A stretch of DNA of 64,000 nucleotides, taken from Podarcis muralis (Eukaryota). The stretch spans positions 27,280,001 to 27,344,000 of the forward strand of contig NC_135670.1 in NCBI RefSeq assembly GCF_964188315.1, read 5' to 3'. The number at the start of each line of letters is the position of its first letter. Position 1 is the first letter of the stretch. The position numbers and the translations under genes are program-made. The notes beneath the pieces were generated by a model. That model was given only the letters and a program-made list of their open reading frames with translations, did no database searches and was not told the DNA's origin. This document shows positions 1 through 15,000 of this stretch, piece after piece.

Positions 1-3000
1 GCCCGGCACAGTCCCGGCAGAGGAGTGGGAGTCGTCATCCACCAGGCAGAGCTTTTCTCTGGAGGAGAAAGAAGGGAGGGAGGCTGTACTGACACACAGT
101 AGCACCTATTACAGGGCGTGAGGGCTACCACTCAAATCCCTCTAAGGAGGTCTGTTGTCAGTGTCTGGCAGTTGCACTTTGGCTCTGCCTGGAGAGCTTC
201 CCTGGCCCAACCAGACATGGCAGGCAGCAGCTGTGACTGCCCCACCTGCAAGGCGATACAAGTGTTCACTTTAAGCCATTTTGGAGCTGGCAATGGAGCC
301 TCCCATTTAACCGAAGCTCTCCCACTGACCCTGAGAAAGTCAGCACTCACTTTTCAGTTATTTTGGGGGTGTTCTTTTCATCCCCCCTGGCGAAAGGCCC
401 TTCGGCAGCTTCCTTCATAAATGTGACCAGCATCTCGGCATCCACCCCAGAGTTGGGCTTCCCCACAAGCTTCAGAATGGAGGCGTGAAGCCGAAAATAG
501 ACCTAAGGGGAAGAAACAAAGGCAGGGCAACAACAACCTCCTGACATATTATAAATGTATCCCAAAAAACCTAGCTGGCCGTTTACCACTTTATTATCCA
601 TAGCAAACAATTAAATGTAAAGACATCCGCTTGCTATTGGCCGTGTAAGACAAAGAGGGCTGCTTTCTGCAGGATTGTGAGAAAGAAGCTGCTTGCCTGG
701 AAAAGATGACAACTGAGAAGAAAGGCTCTCACCACATGCCGGAAAAGGGGCAGTTCTTGGAAGCTGCCACAAGTGATGGAGCGATAAAGAGGAGGGAAGA
801 AAGAGCAATGGCTTGACCTTTGGACTGTATTTTTGAAAAACACTTTAAAGCTGCAGTTCTAAGACTTGGCCGGTGGTGGGTGGGGGTCACTGCCCAGCTC
901 TCAATAGAAATCAGCCATATGAAACCACATCAGCGCTTGAGCTGCAGCAATTTCCTCTCTGGTTTAGGGGCATGTCAGGGGGCCGGAAAGGCTACAGATC
1001 CTTTGGATTCCTTCCTCCCCCCCCCACCCCCCCACCTCAAGCAAGTTGCCTTTCCAGCCCTGGCAAAGTCAGAAGGGCAAAGGCTGCAGATACTTTGATG
1101 CCGACTCCCACACTAGCTCTCCCTCTCTGAGCTCCCTACCCACCCTTCCTAGAGGGGGATCAGATGCAAGGGGAGGTAGTGGTTGCTATAGAGAACTCCT
1201 GCCCTGAACGTGCCAGTGGACCTTTCCCTCAAGAGCTCCGAGGGCCTTGAAGCTTGTTCTGCTTCAAGGCCACGTCTGGCTGGCTGGCTTCATTGCTTTT
1301 ACCTCTAAGGCCTCCATTGCAAGCTCCGGCGGGTTATGATAGTGGATCTTCTTGGGGTACCTGGCCGCTTCCTCGTGCAGGAAATGACCCGCCTGCTTGT
1401 AGTGACGGAGGTAGACCACAGGCGGCTGCTTCTGCTTCTCGGCAATCTTCCCCAGCATGTAGTGGATCAGCCACTCCTCCTCGTCTCCGTCGCCCTCACA
1501 GTGAGACGCTGAAATGAAGCAGTGCTTGGCCGTCTCCAGCATGCCGTCGCGCCGCTCTGCCATCTGAAACATGGGGAGGGAGTTTCAAGCCTTGCTGCAG
1601 CAGCAAGAGCTGCTTGGGGTGGTTGCCCTTTTGGGTCTGGCGAGCCCCCGCTTCCCGACCCCGGCCGGGGCCTGCAAGCTCCAGCTCAAGCCCTCACCTG
1701 CTGCACGACCTCAGCTGGCAGCTCCGACTTCCACTGCTTCAGCTGCCTGGAGGCGAAGGAGTGCAACGCATAGGACATGGTGCCGTACTCTATCCACAGG
1801 GAGAGGTTGGAGCCGTCAATCTCCAGGGCTCGCTTGAAGGAGCTCAGAACGGGGGTGGCGTGCTTCCAGATGAGGCCGTCGCTCTTCAGCTCGTTGGAGT
1901 TCAGCTTGTCTTGGATGCGGCTGGCTCGAGCCAGCGCCATGCCAGCCCAAGAGTCAAACCTGGGAGAAGAACAGCACACAACAACCCCCCGCACCTTGAG
2001 AAGTTCAGTCCCGATCTCTCCCCCGTCTCACTTTGTTATATCACAACAGCCTTTTTGTGTTTCTTCTAAAGGTGTTTATTATACCCCATTGTCAGTCACC
2101 TTTGCAGCCCTGAACAGTTTGTGATCGGGGTATTTAAAAAAGACCACCTCCCTCCACCGGCTCTTGCGTTCCCTCCATGGCTACTGCTGGGAGCTTTTCA
2201 GCTCAGGTGCCCAGATTTTAGAAAGCTTATCTGGACACACACACAAGTTAGCATTTCCATGATGGTCATTATCCTGTGGCAGGGATTCAATTGCATACCA
2301 GCAAATTTAGGTTCGTGCAATTAAAAAGGGTTCATGTGTTCTGGCACAACAACACACACTGGGGGGACTGGTTGTGCGTGCCTCTTCAAGGCAGCAGATG
2401 CCAACACAACCACAATGTGCCAATGCTCAGGGCACAGGGAAAATGCAAGAAGCCCAAATGCAAGGGGCCCTTACATGACACACACACACCATCCAGGGAC
2501 CAACGATGGAATGACCAGGCATCTCATCTGGTGTCGGGGGTTCACCAAGCTGACCTGTTAGGGCAGATGCAGATGTCATGCATGTAGAACTTGATGGCCT
2601 TAGACTGCTCCTTGTTCTTGAAGTGGTAATCTGCGAGGAGGTAGTACAGCTCTGTCACCACCGGAGGAGAGTAGTCGGCACCCTCAGGGAGAGCTGGCAC
2701 CTGGCAAGAAAGGGGAGAATAAGGATGCCTGGGCTTGTCATGGGCAGCAGCTGCCACCACCTGAATGTGCCTGTGGAAGGAGACTCCTCACAGCCTTGGG
2801 GCTGAGTGGAAGGAAAAAAGCTGTTGAGAAAACTGCAATTGGCTTAGCAGGGAATGCCATCCTCAGGCCTCAAATTATTCTAATACAGGTGTGGGGAATT
2901 TGTGACTTCCCACATGTAATTGGACTCCAGCTCCCATCAGCTTTAGCAGCCAGCATGGCTCAGGGATGACGGGAGTTCATAGAAACATAGAATTGTAGAG

Positions 3001-6000
3001 CCAAGGGTCATCAAGTCCAACCTCCTGCAATGCAGGAATCTCAGTTGTAGTGCAACAGCTTCTAGAGAGCCAAAACAGGTTCTAAAGGAAGCAATATGTG
3101 AGAATAAGACTTTGAGAGAACTTAAACAAAAGAGCAGACATCACAAAAAGATGGAATTCAATTGCTGGATACCCACAAGGCAGTGAAGTCACTTCTCCGT
3201 TACAAATAGCCTGTATCTGAATGCACCAGCAAACCATGCTCATTGTTGACAAATGCACCCCCCACCCCTGAGAGAAGGCAGGAGCCCCAGCAGCACCCCC
3301 TCCCCCTTAATCACTCCCTAAATGATGCAAGAGGCTTGTACCTTGCTCAGAGTCCCTTCAATGTAGCTAGACACCTCCTCTATCCTCAGCATAGGCTTGT
3401 CCGTCCGAGGGACAATGGTGGCCATCTTCTTCAGAAGGTTGGCCAGGTCAGCAGACACTGTACTGGTTTTGTAGCTGTCAAATTCAGGAAGGGTCTTGGG
3501 CTTGAAATATTCAAACATGAACAAGGCGTCTTCCCACATCAGATCCACCTTGGAGAGAAGGCAAGAGATGCATCAGGCCTTGCCAGGAACAAGAGGAACT
3601 AAGTCAGATTTCGAGTGTACATCTCAGTCCAGCGCTGCTTAGCAACACAGAAAGCTGCCTTATGCAGCTGACTGGCAAAGGACACGTTGGTAGAGCATGA
3701 GGCTCTTAATCTCAGGGTCAAGGGTTCAAGCCCCAAGTTGGGCAAAAGGATTCCTGGACTAGATGACCCTTTGGGTTCCTTCCATCTCCACAATTCTTTG
3801 ATTCTATGAGTCAGGCCACTAGTTCATCAAAGCCAGGAATGCCTACACTGACTGGAAGCAGCTCCTCCAGGATTTCCAGGCAGGGTTCTCTCCAAGCCCC
3901 GTCTGGAGATGCTGCTGGACTGAACCCGGGACCTTCTGTGTGCAATGCAGATGCTCTGCCACAGAGCTGCAATGGCCCTTCCCCACACGTGGGAGGAGGA
4001 GGAGGAGGAGGAGGAGGAGGAGGAGGAGGAGGAGGAGGAGGAAGACAAGGTCTACTCTGAGTCCAGCATTTCCCCCATGCAGGTAACAAAGATGCCCTTT
4101 GGGGAGTAGCTAAGGGCTGCTGCCTTCCATGTCCAGCTCATGGGATTCCAATCTCTGGAAGCAGAGAGACCTGCATATCATTGAGCATCCTGCCTTTTCT
4201 CTCTGAAGGAGACCTGAGACAGTCTCACCTGCTGTGTGGAATGTTCTTCCAGGTAGCGAGCCTTGCTCTTTTTGCTCGGGAAGCTATACAGGCAATAAAA
4301 GCATTGCTCCAGAGCCGTCTCCAGCTCCTCCTTATAGGGATGGGTGTCCTCGGAGGTAGAGGCCAAAAGCTCTTTTTGCAGCACCCGTACCTGGAACGAC
4401 AAAATTCACTGAGGTCAAGGCTACCGCCTGGGCAGGGGATGGCTGAAGAAGCCTTGGAGGAAGCGTGCTGCTCGGTGGGTGAGAACATGAAGGAACATTC
4501 CTCTCTCCGCATGAGTGTGAGTTCCACAGATCTCTCAACGAGTGGGGAGAGGAAGAGGGTTAATCTGGGCTATTTCAAGCATGGCTACTCACATAGAACT
4601 TAAGGAGGGCTCCGTCTGAGTTACAACACCACGATCTCCTCCCAAGGTATTCGTGAGCCGTGTTCAGAAGCATCAGGGAAGAGGGCAGCATAGGAGTGTC
4701 CAGATTCTGAGCTGCTGATGACAAAATGAATGTCAAGTAATTGCTGGACAAACAAAAAGCCACAGATCTGGTATGGGAGGTGCATGAGTCAAATGGGCAA
4801 GAAGCAGTTGGCCCAGCCATACCTGACGGCTCCTGGACTAGCCCCCAAATTGGTTCCTAGCCCAAAATTCCCTTATACAGGGAAAGACCCAGTTGTTTTA
4901 TTACGTTCACCAAAAATGCTTGATGTCTGCTCAGAACAAGGAAGTCCCACAATAAACATTTTTCTCTGCAGGAACCTCCACCCCAAAAACTCAATTTTGT
5001 TAGGGTGGGGAGAGGAATATTTTGGTCTCTCCAAGTGGGAGGGGAGATTTGGGGATGGTGGTGGAAGCACCTGTTATGGCAGCAGTAACAGTTTCTACTT
5101 CCACACCACCACTACCCTTTACTAAACAGCTTAGGAGCTGGTGGTTTTGGAAATGGCAACAGGAGTTTTGGCTGCCGTCACACTTCCTCTCCTCCCCCCA
5201 AGCCTGGAGTGCCTCTGGAACGATGCTGTTGTGGACATGTGAACATCATTCCATGGGCTCTCTGAAGCATAACAATGGAGGCTGGAGTAATTCCACCTGT
5301 TTATTTAAAAAGAAGAGGTAAGGGCCTTCTGCCCTGGAAAATATTTTGAAGGCCCCAAAAACACACCCCAAAGTAATCACTGGCTAGCCAGTTCCAGCAG
5401 CCCTTTCACTTGTTCCATGCAACCTCCAGCCTGAGAAGGGAGAACCTGGAGGGCTCTTGCACACGGGCAATGTTTTGCTACAGAGAGCCACTTCTAACAA
5501 TATGTTTGTCTTCCATGTGCAATAATCCAGCGACAAGACAAGGAAGGCTACAAGGGACGTTGCCATTGATCTGCATGCATTCTGGTGCTCTGTCTTTTTG
5601 CCCTGTTTTGGCAGGCACAGAGTTCCTGAATGCCCAACTCAACCTCTCATGGCAGAACACAGCCGCTTCCCACCCACTACAGAGGGCACAGCTGTTCCCC
5701 ACCTTCTTCATTTTGGCTCTGCAGCTGCTGCTGCTCCTCCTGTTGGCAGCAGAGGGAGCGGAAGGTGTCTTCTTCGTGCTGAATGATCCTGTGAAGAATA
5801 ATCCAGGGAAGCACCGAAGACACAGAAGGCTCTTTGGGCTCCTCCTGGACAGCCATGCTGCAGTCGATGATCTGGGGTGGAGGGGTTTCAAGGAACAGAC
5901 ATGGGGCAAGTTAAACCCACAGAGGGGACAACACTCAGCTCTTCCAACAGGAACAACATACTAATGACAGGCATTCAAGTCATCACCCAAGTGGCCCCAG

Positions 6001-9000
6001 AATGACCAAGCTGGTTTCAGGCTCATAAAACAATAGGGGATGTTCTTCACTTACACAAACATGCCCCCCTCCAAATTCATCAGGGGCTGAATCTGGCTGC
6101 ACAACAGAGCAGCAGGAAACCGCTTAGCCACATAGCAACACTAAACCACATTTCCAAAGGGATACTGGCTGAGCCATGCGCTGAGCAAGACTAACCCTTC
6201 CCTGAGCCAACCCTCTCCTCCCGAGAGAAATTCATGGCGGCAGCCAGGGCAGAAAGGAGTGGTCAAGAGTGACAGCCAAAGTGTGTGAGAGGGTGGAAGG
6301 CTCTTTAAACACACACACACTGCCAAGGCTGCTTAGAGCCTTCAGCTGCCACCCAAGTAAGGATGGAAGCTGGANNNNNNNNNNNNNNNNNNNNNNNNNN
6401 NNNNNNNNNNNNNNNNNNNNNNNNNNNNNNNNNNNNNNNNNNNNNNNNNNNNNNNNNNNNNNNNNNNNNNNNNNNNNNNNNNNNNNNNNNNNNNNNNNNN
6501 NNNNGGGTGGAGCTGAGCTCTAACCTAGGAGGGAACTAGTATTCTTGCTCTCCTTCCCCCTCTGCCATTACCCATTACAAAAAGTCTGGTTTTGTATTTC
6601 TCCTTCTTTCTTCTCTTCTAGCGGACACTGTTGAGCGCGCAGGAACTCCAACTGCTCTTACAGCCAAAGAAAGGGGTTTGGGGTTTAGCTTTTGCTCTGG
6701 ATTATGCAGTACCTTCCTTTCCCCACTCCCGCTGGGCCACTACTCCACTACTTGCGCCAGCTTTGTTTGCTTTCATTGTGCTGTGTGATTAAGTGTTGGG
6801 CAACACCAATTTAAGGGCCAAACCAAGGCTATGAGCTGCCAGACCTCCAGAGCTGGCCCCCCTCCTAAGACCTGGCAGGCTCCCATTCCTATGCTCTGTA
6901 CTCAGAGCCCCTGGGGAATGACCCTCCTCCCCTGGCTGCTTTTTACACGTTAAAATGACGTTTCCACCAGCAACTGCAGAACAGATCCTCATGTCACCAA
7001 TGGCTCAGAGAAAGGCTGCCAGCAGGTCTCCTGCTCTCTAAGAGCAATGTGGGTCCTCGGGCAAAGAGCAGGATACCTGGACGAGGTTGCTGGTCAGTCG
7101 GACCAGGCTCTGCAAGGCTGGCGGCTCCTCCAGGCTGCTGCTGTCTGAGGAAAGGGAGCAGTCGATCCCCGCGAGCAGCTGCGTGACAGTGGCCACCCAC
7201 TCCTCCTTGGCAGATGCCTCTGTCATGTTGATCATCTGCTGAAAGGCTTCGTTCAGGGCAACCTCAGAGCACTCAAAGCACTGCCGGTAGTCCTGCAGCT
7301 TGAGCAGGGAATCCTGAGGAGCATTAAAGAAGAGACACCTTGGAGGAAAACGTGCAAGAGCATTTGCAAGACAGCTGCTGGGAACCTTTCCTAGATCTGC
7401 ACATGGAAGGGCATTGAGAGGCATGCCCATGCAGGCTCCCTATGGAGAGGGCACTGGTGCTCGTGGCTAAGAGCACTTGGGCTGGAAAGGCCGAAAGCTG
7501 CGGACAACAGGTTCCTGTACACCCTCCGCTTTTCTGCATTTGTGTGACGTGACCAGGATAAACATGCAGCACTGCATAAAAGCCATCAAGAAAACACCCT
7601 GAGGACTCCTCAAGAACCTACAAAGAGCCCTGCTGGATCAGGCCAATGGCCCATCTAATCCAGCATCTCTATCTAACAATGGCCAACCAGCTACCCACAA
7701 GCAGGGCTTGAGCACAAGGGCACTCTCCCTCGCCTTCCCTAACACCATGGTTTCCAACAACTTGGGTATTCATTTCCTTGAAAACAGCTTCGAACAGCAG
7801 CACACACAGAGCGCTTTCCCCTCCGCACAGCAAAAGGAACTAGCACCAGAGTCAGCCTAGTGAACCTGCTGGTTGTTTTGCTGGCTGATGTTTCCTGGCA
7901 GCCTCTGCTGCAACCATCAAGGCTGGCTATGCCGGTTTGGCCTTCCCTGCTGCCCTCAGACAATCCCACCTGCAGCAGGAGCAGCTGAGCTGGCCTCTCT
8001 GGAATGGAGATGACAAATTCCAGGTGCTTCGTCCGGCCGTATCCGCTGAAACACAAGGTGGGCCGCAGCAGACGCACCACCGCTTTGTAGTCGCCGGCCT
8101 CGTACAAGCGCTGGATCTCCTCCAGGGACTGGCATCTCTCCAGGGACTTGAGGTTCTTCTCAATCTGCAAGAGTCACACACTGCATGTTGCAAGCGGCAA
8201 TGGTCTCTCATGTGTTCCACAAGCAACAGAATTAGCTGCTCTGAAGGCAGCAACAGACCAAGGTGACAGTAAGGCAGGAGCCCAACTGAAGGACACTGAC
8301 TGCTTCATTTCAGTTTTCAAACCAGAACCACAAATCACAGGTAATTTAGTCAAGCATTTATCCAGACTCAAACATACGAAGCTTTCTGAGACAAAGTTGA
8401 GCCAGTGGCCCACTTAGCTCAACAGTGTCCACTCTGACAGGCAGAGGGTGTTTCCTTGAGGGGCTGAACCCGGGACCTTCAACACACAAAGCGCACACAC
8501 ACTTTGGTAATGGGGGTCATGGCTGCTTCCATGTTTGCATCCCCGGCATAACTGCTATGAGTTCATCCTCACAAGGAAGGCAAGTGCAGCCAGCCTCTTG
8601 CAGTGACCCAAACGTTCCCACGTCCAGCTGGTGTTACCTCTTCCAACGAGACCACAGAGTCCACATGGAGATTTGGCAACCGGATCACCACGCCCTCGTC
8701 GCCAGCTTTGGCCTGCACTGCAGCAGAGCTCTGGAGCATCTCTGTGCAGACGTCATAGTTCTCCAAGGCCTGCTCCATGTCCCCCTGGGAAAGCAAGCAG
8801 CATGCTCAACTGCAGCCTGCCAGCTAAGCTCCTTCCCCCAGCCAGCCCCTCCCAGGAACTCCATACCCCAAGCTGCCTTTTGCAAAGCCTTTTGCTCAAG
8901 GCTTTTTAAAACTCACTCTGCCTTTGTACCCAGATTTCCACTATAGCCTCACAGAAGAGGAGCTGTGTGCCCAGTGTCTGACTGCCCAGATCTAAAGCCA

Positions 9001-12000
9001 GCAGTGCTGAATTAGGTAAAAGGTAAAGGTACCCCTGCCCGTATGGGCCAGTCTTGACAGACTCTAGGGTTGTGCGCCCATCTCACTCAAGAGGCCGGGG
9101 GCCAGCGCTGTCCGGAGACACTTCCGAGTCACGTGGCCAGCGTGACATTGCTGCTCTGGCGAGCCAGAGCCGCACACGGAAACGCCGTTTACCTTCCCGC
9201 TAGTAAGCGGTCCCTATTTATCTACTTGCACCCGGGGGTGCTTTCGAACTGCTAGGTTGGCAGGCGCTGGGACTGAACAATGGGAGCACACCCCGCCGCG
9301 GGGATTCGAACCGCCGACCTTTCGATCGGCAAGACCTAGGCGCTGAGGCTTTTACCCACAGCGCCACCCGCGTCCCTTGTTGAATTAGGTACTCTGCTGC
9401 AAACACCACAGAAGCTGTGCAGTCCCCCCCCCAAAACCCCCCGAAATACAAACCTGCAGGGCCAGGAAGCGAGCCTTCAGCCAATACACCCGAACCACAA
9501 ACTCCAGCCAGCCCTCCTCAAAGAGATCTCGCTGAGAAGAGGCAAAGGAGAGCTGGAGCAGATCCCCCAGGAAGTGGCTGCCAGGGAAATCAGGGCCAAA
9601 CTTCCCGTTTACCGAGCTGCCCGCAGGGCCGTTCCTTGGAGACACTGAAACAGTTTATTTCACATTTCAGCACAAGGTTCTAACATGAGAGCTCAGATTC
9701 TTTGCAGCTCAAAGTCTAAACAACAGCATTGGGAGCGGAGAACCCCAAGATCTGCACCTGAGAGAAGCCGATTGAGGAAACGTAACAGAGAAAAACTTGC
9801 TTCTTTTTTGCAAGGCGTTGGGTTTGCTTATGAAGCAGTGAACCCCAGAAGCTGCCCTGTCCTGCTCCAGGTACATCTGACCCAAGTGGCTGGGGACTCT
9901 CCAGTCTCCTCCAACCTGACTTCAAGGCCAAAAGGTCAACTTGGGAATGTCTATGTGCAAACCTCAAGATCGACTACTAGGCCCAGCTTCTAAGCTCAGG
10001 CACATGTTTCCTGTGGGGACTCGTATCTCACCGGAAGGAGTTTGCAGGGCCTTTCCTCGGAAGAAGCACTTGCTAACACCCGGTGCTCACTCACCCATTG
10101 AGCTCTTCCCTTTGGTCAGCAGCCACTGGTCAAGCTGCAGCTCCATGCAGGACAGACTCATCAGCATCATATCCTAGAGCAGAGACAAAAGTGGGGGGTG
10201 GAGAGAGGAGGGTTAGGAAGGCGTCAGGGGATTGGAGGGGGAATCATTTTGCACCTCCAGCGGAAAAACCCTTCTTATGAGAATAAGCAGTGTTGACTAC
10301 AGCATTTGTGAAAGATCAGGAACAGCAGCAGAAAGACATTTTGCTGCAGAGAGAGAAAGCACCAGGAGGCGACTGGCCCCCTGATTCGTTCTTCAAACCT
10401 TTATCACACGACACCTAAGAAAAGCTTGATCCTAAAAATAAAGGGAGCAGAGGGCAGGCAGTGAGCATCTTGCCAGCTAAGTTTGTCCTGATGGGAAAAG
10501 TTTGCGGAGGGATTTACTCCCAACTGTCAATCAAGATACAAACCTGGAGCCAGTGGAGGTCCTAGGACACTATTCCCATGGGAAGGGTGTGCAGATGGCC
10601 TAAGTATCAACCTCTGGGTAGGTCCCAACCAGTGAAAAGGGGTGCCGAGCATTATCCTCCTGCCTCCAATTACTCAGTCATAGAACACTCCCTGATGCTA
10701 CACCTCCAGTATTGTTGCTCCTCCAGTTAAACACTATCTCGGGAACCAGGGCTGGGAAAAGCTCCCACTCGTGAACAGCAGATTTACACTGATTTTTCTC
10801 CAACTCTCCATTCCATCAGGCTGTGGCTTGGGAAGAAGCTGGGCATGGCCCTGCTTCCCCTCTCCCAGAATTATATCCATCCCAGCCAGTCACTGTAAGA
10901 ACTACTATGTAGCTTTAAGAACTGATGCCTGGCTTTGTCTTCTTCCTCCTCCCTCTCCATTCCTTTTTCCTTTTGTATTGTGTCTCTTAAGATTGAAAGT
11001 CTGCGAGGAGAGACTTGTTTATTTGACAGTATGCAAGCCACCCTGAGAGCCTTTTCAGCTAAAGAGTAGGATAAAAACAACAGCAAAGAAGCAGAGACAT
11101 GCTCTGCGGATCGTAGCCCATGTCTCTGGCTACCAGACACAGCTCCGGCTATACAGGAACTAAGTCTCTCTCACACATGTACCCTTTAGAGGTGGTGCTT
11201 GGGTGGCAACAGAGCGAGGTCACCTCCAGAAGTATTTCCTTACCCTGATGTGCTCGTTGCGACAGTCCCTTAGCAGCGGATTGGGGAGGCTGCTGCTGTG
11301 CTTCCTCCAGCTGTTGTAGATGTTCAGCACAACCTCAGCCAAGCCCGGCGGCCATTTCACAAGGAACTTCAGGCTGATCACTTTCAGGTACCTCATCATC
11401 AACTCAAGGATGCCCCCGTTGTTCAAGTTAGCCAAGAGGAAGTTATGAACATCCTGCTTCTCTGGAAGAAAAAAGTTAACACAATGTGCATGGAAAGAAG
11501 CAACCACTTCTCCCCTCCCCTGCCTCCCTACATTCTGTGACATCAGAGCAGCTCACCTAATCCGTCAAAGGCTTCACCACAAAATTATACTACAGCTTCC
11601 AAATATTGGATCAAATTAATGAATTCAAATGTAATCCTTTTTGGGGGGAGTCCCTCAGCTGAAACACAGAAGCCAGGGAAAGTCCCTACCATATTCCATG
11701 CATGTTGTTGAGTCACACGGCATCCTGTGGGTGCCCACATGCTGGAAATTTTCCTCCTTGGCCTCAGACTGGACCTCGTAGCTGCTGAAAGGACCCTCGT
11801 CTTCTTCTGGGTCAGGTTTCCTCAGGCTAACAGGAAAAGCAAAACAAAGAGTAAAGCAAAGCATCAATGCTCTGGACCTTGGCAGCCCCTCACAAGGCAG
11901 ACATCAAAACACACTCCTGTTATAGCAATTTTGCAAGCAACATGCAATTCCCAGAAGCTAGATTTATTTTCGCAACACACCAGTCAAAGTGGAGGGAAAC

Positions 12001-15000
12001 ACCAGTTCTTTGTAACTGCTGACAATATTGCAGGGATCACGAGAAGTTGTGTCCAGGAGAAGGCAGGCAGCCAACCCCAAATCAGCACAGTACAGTGGTA
12101 CCTCGGGTTAAGAACTTAATTCGTTCTGGAGGTCCATTCTTAACCTGAAACTGTTCTTAACCTGAAGCACCACTTTAGCTAATGGGGCCTCCCGCTGCCA
12201 CCGCGCTGCTGCTGCGCGATTTCTGTTCTCATCCTGAAGCAAAGTTCTTAACCCAAGGTACTATTTCTGGATTAGCGGAGTCTGTAACCTGAAGCGTCTG
12301 TAACCTGAAGCGTCTGTAACCCGAGGTACCACTGTACTGCTCCAGCAGCCCATGCAGGAAGCCCACTGAGATGGTGGGCCTGAACCAAAGCTGCGCTGGA
12401 GGGTTTTTTGCCCTAGGTGAAGCCTCCAGAGGGGCGCCATTGAGGCTCCCAGTCTGTGTGCATGTATGTAAATGTGTGTGGCGTGTGTGTATCAAACTGA
12501 GTCTTTGACCTGGGTGAAATAAAGCCTAGTTTCACCCCTGGGTGGGTGGGGTGCAGAGCTCAGCAAGCTTCTCTGCTATTTTTTCAGAAGCACAACCACC
12601 AATCTTCCATCCTCACCGTGAAGGAAGGAATTTCACCAGCAGCTCCTGGAAGTCCACCTTCTCTTCCTTTTTGCACTTGGTGTTCCGCACCCGAGCCGAC
12701 CGCCTCTTGGCTGTCTCGCCGCTGTCTTCGGGGATCCGCTTCCGCTTCACCCCTTTCTTTGATCTGTCCCCCACGGAGGCATCCCCTAAGAAGAGCCAGA
12801 GAACGTCCAGGTATCAAACTCCTGGCCCCAGCAAGGACACACTTGATCAGGACGGCTTCCCTTGAACTCTGATTTGCAGAAGGCAGAATTCTTGTTGCCA
12901 CAGAAGCCAAGTAGGGGGAGCCGGAGGAGCAGTGGCAGCCCAGAAGACACCTTGCCCCACTCCCCAAAAAGGTGGCTGCTGCACCAACAGCCACTCCATA
13001 GCAGCAGCAACATCATGGCCACACAGAATCTCTCCTCCCCATTCTCCAGGCAAATGTCCTCCAAAAGACCCTGGAAGAGAAGCTTGGCTCATCTACCTGG
13101 GAGCTGGCTAGAAGTAGTCACTTCTGCCTTCCAGACTCTCTTTGCATCATGGACAGCACAAGCCAACCTATCATAAGCATCCTACTACTTCTCGCCACCG
13201 AAGACCAGAAGGCCAGCTCTACTTCTACTTTATTAATTGGTCCATGAAGAACAGAGCACAATGATTCAGAAACCCTTCAACATCCACCCAGAGAACATAT
13301 TCATGTAATGCATCCCTTACCTGCAGGACTGACTGATTCCAGAACACTTGGACTGGGAAAGGTGGGTGTCACTGGTGTGTATGTTAGGAGTGGCTCCGTC
13401 ACAGGCATCTGGGGATTGGTGCTGACAGGGTTGGGCTGTATAACACTGACGGGAGCGGAAGTTGCCGGGACGTCAGAGTGCTGGTCTAGATCTTGGTACT
13501 CCAAGAGGTCAATTCTCTTGCCCAGGCTGGGTCGAGGCGGCTCGCAAGTGGTCAGGTGTTGATACATGGCCAGTAAGCTCTCCCCGAGACACTTCCACCT
13601 GCAGGACAGCACATGACAGACAACCAAACACAAGCTCAGCTCTCACCCAGGGGCCAGGGCAGGCAATGCTCCCGTCTCCTTGCCTTTAAGCCACATGCAG
13701 AAATAAGGAGAACGTTTGGGAGCAAGGCAGCCCTTTTCCACATGGGACCAAAAGCCAATTGTTCACAGAAATCATTAAGGAAATATTGCTTTAAGTTCGC
13801 TCTACAGTTGTCAGAGTAAGTTCAAACCCAGTTGAGACCTACGTGAAAAGGGGGATGGGCTGGACAAGCTTCAGGTCTGGCTCCCTTTTTCGCACCAAGA
13901 GTGCCTGCCTCTTCCTGCGCAACTCCAGAGCTTCCTCGATGATCGTTCTAGTCTCAGACGGACTCACGTTGACATTGTGGACTGACAAGTCACTGGAAAA
14001 ACAAAAGAAGAAGCAAAGCAGCTGTTTAGATGCTTCCGTGTCATTTCATAGCCAGGCAAATTCCTTTAAATTTAGCAAAATTTAAATTACCCTGCTGAAA
14101 GTAAAATAGCTTAATTACTTGGACACCCGTTCAACAGCAACTCTGGAAGCTGCATGTCAACAGCATGATGCCTACAAAACGGTGGGTTTGTTGTGGCACT
14201 CTCTGCCTTTCCAATATGGGAGAAGCAGCTTTAGGTCACAAACAGGGGACAGAACAAACCTCTGGGAACTGGCAAAGAGGCTGCATGTCCTCACTTTGAA
14301 ATGGAAGCTTCTGCCACTATTCCTTCCGATGCGAGACAGGAACATCAATATTCTTTACCTTCAATTCTGGAAGAAACTCACCCTTTGAGGAACATCCTCA
14401 AGGAGTCCTTCCTGAGGCATGGCTGCTCCTCAAAGATCTTCTCCTTGATGACCAGCCCTTTGCTGTACAGGCAATCCCTCTCCAGAGCTTTGCAGATGAA
14501 ATACAAGCAGGCTGAGGGGAGGAACAAAAGCCTCAATTTAAATTCATCCTAAACTCTTTTTCCATATCGGAAAGTCACGTGCATCCCAAAGGAGCATTCT
14601 GATAGTATACAGTGATGTAGCCTTCCTGGAGCGGGTGGGATATGCTAAGATCCAATTTGGCATGTCTGTAAACAGAACTAAGGAATATATCATTTCATTT
14701 CACATGCTGTATAAATACCTCAAAGGTTTTTCCAGTAGCCCAAAGTGTTGAACTAAAGCACTTTGTGTTTTTAGTTAAAGAAGGGCTTTTTAGAGGGCTT
14801 CTCACCTTATGGTGTTGATGCCATTCCCTTTATCACCAACATGCAAGGAATCATTTTCCCTTACTGGTTAATTATTATTCTTTTGGCTTGCTATGTTAAC
14901 ACTGTTATTGTCCGACTATTGTTTTAAGAACTGTGGTTTGATCTTGTGTTCACATCTTTTTATATAATGCATGTTTTGATTTGTAAACTGATTTACTGTA

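Noticed and set aside
3686-3743. tRNA-Lys gene
   Set aside because: The acceptor stem is decayed and a CR1-like tail follows, so it is a SINE head.
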